A stretch of DNA of 64,000 bases from Mobula hypostoma (taxonomy: Eukaryota): assembly GCF_963921235.1 (NCBI RefSeq), contig NC_086103.1:19468001-19532000 (forward strand). The letters are read 5' to 3'. Both the position numbers and the translations under genes were made by a program. This document shows positions 62,644-64,000 of this stretch, in pieces (position 1 is the first letter of the stretch; the number at the start of each line of letters is the position of its first letter). The notes beneath the pieces were generated by a model that was not told the origin of the DNA, made no database searches, and saw nothing but the letters and a program-made list of their open reading frames with translations.

Positions 62644-62979
62644 CTTTTACTGTGATTAGTTTAATGGTCACAAATCTATTTGACTCCAGAAAACACGTGT
62701 AAAGCCCCGCATCTCTGAACAGTACAGGGATAATCCTCACATTGAACTTAACACCATTATAATGTGCCACCTTGGGGACCAGCCGATTCCCAAAAGATGT
62801 CCTGTCCATGTTGATATGTTGATATCTGGATGCTGAGGCTATTTCTCTCCCCCAGCTTTGAGCAACTGTCCTCCATGTCCACACAGCTTTGTGGTAATAG
62901 GTAACAGAATGACAGATCAAATCCAGTTCACTCTGATCTGAGCCTGAGCGATAAAGTTTGTAGCTCTTTTTATATAAAG
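62644..62979 (-). CDS. Gene 1 Ig exon A, V-set domain (112 codons, phase 1-1)
   Basis: Acceptor tttgtag|CT and donor AAAG|GTAAGA. Open frame ALYKKSYKLYRSGSDQSELDLICH...WTWR...FNVRIIPVLFRDAGLYTC...IKLITVK has the B-strand Cys, C-strand Trp and D-x-G-x-Y-x-C motif. Confidence 0.9.
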
Positions 62980-64000
62980 CTACAAAGAGGAAAGAGAAAA
63001 CAAAGTTAGAATTTCTGAGATAAAGATAAAAATTGGGATAATTACCGGCAATTATAAGTGTGTTTCTTGCGCCGATCTTCACTGATTTGGTTTTTGTTAA
63101 AGTACTAAGTCCATGGGACAGAATAGTGTCAATCAGCCCATCGAGACTGCTCCTGTCATGGCTGATATATTTTCCCTCTCAACCCCAATCTCTTGCTTTC
63201 TCCATGTACCTTTGATGCCCTACAAATCAAGAGCTATCAACTTCCTCTTTAAATGTACCCAGTATTTTGACCTCCACAGCTGTCTGTGGCAATGAATTTC
63301 AAGGAATCCACCTCCTTTGCTATTCTGATGACATACCCTCTGGTCCCAGACTCCGAGACTATTTGAAACATCCTTTCCAAGTTCACTCTCTCTAGCCCTT
63401 TCAATATTCAGTAGGTTTTAGTGCGATCTCTCCTCTTTCCTCTGAACTCCAGGAAATACAGGACCAGAGCCATCAAATGCTCCTCAAACATTAACTCTAG
63501 CATTCCAGGATCATTCTCATAAATCGCTTCTACCCTCTTCAATGCCAGCATATCTTTTCTTAGAAACAAGAGAAAATCTGCAGTTGCTGGAATTCCAAGC
63601 AACGTACACAAAATGCTGGAGGAACTCAGCAGGTCAGGCAGCATCTGTGGAAAAAAGGTACAGTTGACGTTTCGGGACAATACCCTTCGGCATCTTTACT
63701 TAGATATGGAGCCTAAATCTACTCACAGTGAGTTCAAGAATGATACAGATGAGTGGAATTCAATACCTTTGACCCAAGAACCAATTCATTCAACTGGGAA
63801 GCTGGCATTGCAGCAGAAACTTCTGCTGAATGATTGAACAAGCATTCAGAAGGAGAACACAAGTTCCACATCAGAACGCATTAAGGGAAACACATAAGTT
63901 ACAGGAATAACCACCAGTACATCATCACGAACTATGCTCCCCTATTTCCAACCACAAGCAACTCTCATCAATGATGAAAAGAGAATAGGAAGGGAATAGA

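Noticed and set aside
52907-62979. Naming gene 1 as CD4 or LAG3
   Set aside because: It has at least six domains, a TM Lys and no CxC/CxH or EP-repeat tail. The similarity is only architectural.
1-64000. CRISPR arrays, tRNA/rRNA genes or prokaryotic systems
   Set aside because: None seen. The tRNA-like boxes belong to SINE heads, and the recurring short repeats are retroelement tails.

Overview
Vertebrate genomic DNA, most likely a cartilaginous fish (ray or shark). This is inferred from the CR1, Rex1/Babar, Penelope and V-type SINE repeats. Most of the window is transposable elements, and most ORFs in the supplied track are TE fragments or antisense noise. The host content is a minus-strand tandem cluster of immunoglobulin-superfamily receptor genes, reconstructed by reading splice sites. 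Gene 1 (62979 to about 52705, 5' end outside the window) has six intact phase-1 Ig exons in the order V, C2(WxC), Cys-less V, C2, V, C2(WxC). These are followed by a transmembrane exon with a central lysine and a short tyrosine-free tail, the layout of an activating, adaptor-coupled receptor with CD4/LAG-3/DICP-like domains. Gene 2 has a candidate leader (50808-50769), a disrupted Cys-less V exon (8130-7784) and an intact C2 exon (6391-6122) that shares a 79-nt identical tract with gene 1. The 43 kb between the leader and those exons holds a nested Gypsy > Gmr1-type LTR element > Penelope stack, a near-intact full-length CR1, Penelope tails with hammerhead ribozymes, and a duplicated segment carrying a conserved 16-nt micro-exon. 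All coordinates, alignments and counts were done by hand, and TE boundaries are approximate unless a TSD is given.
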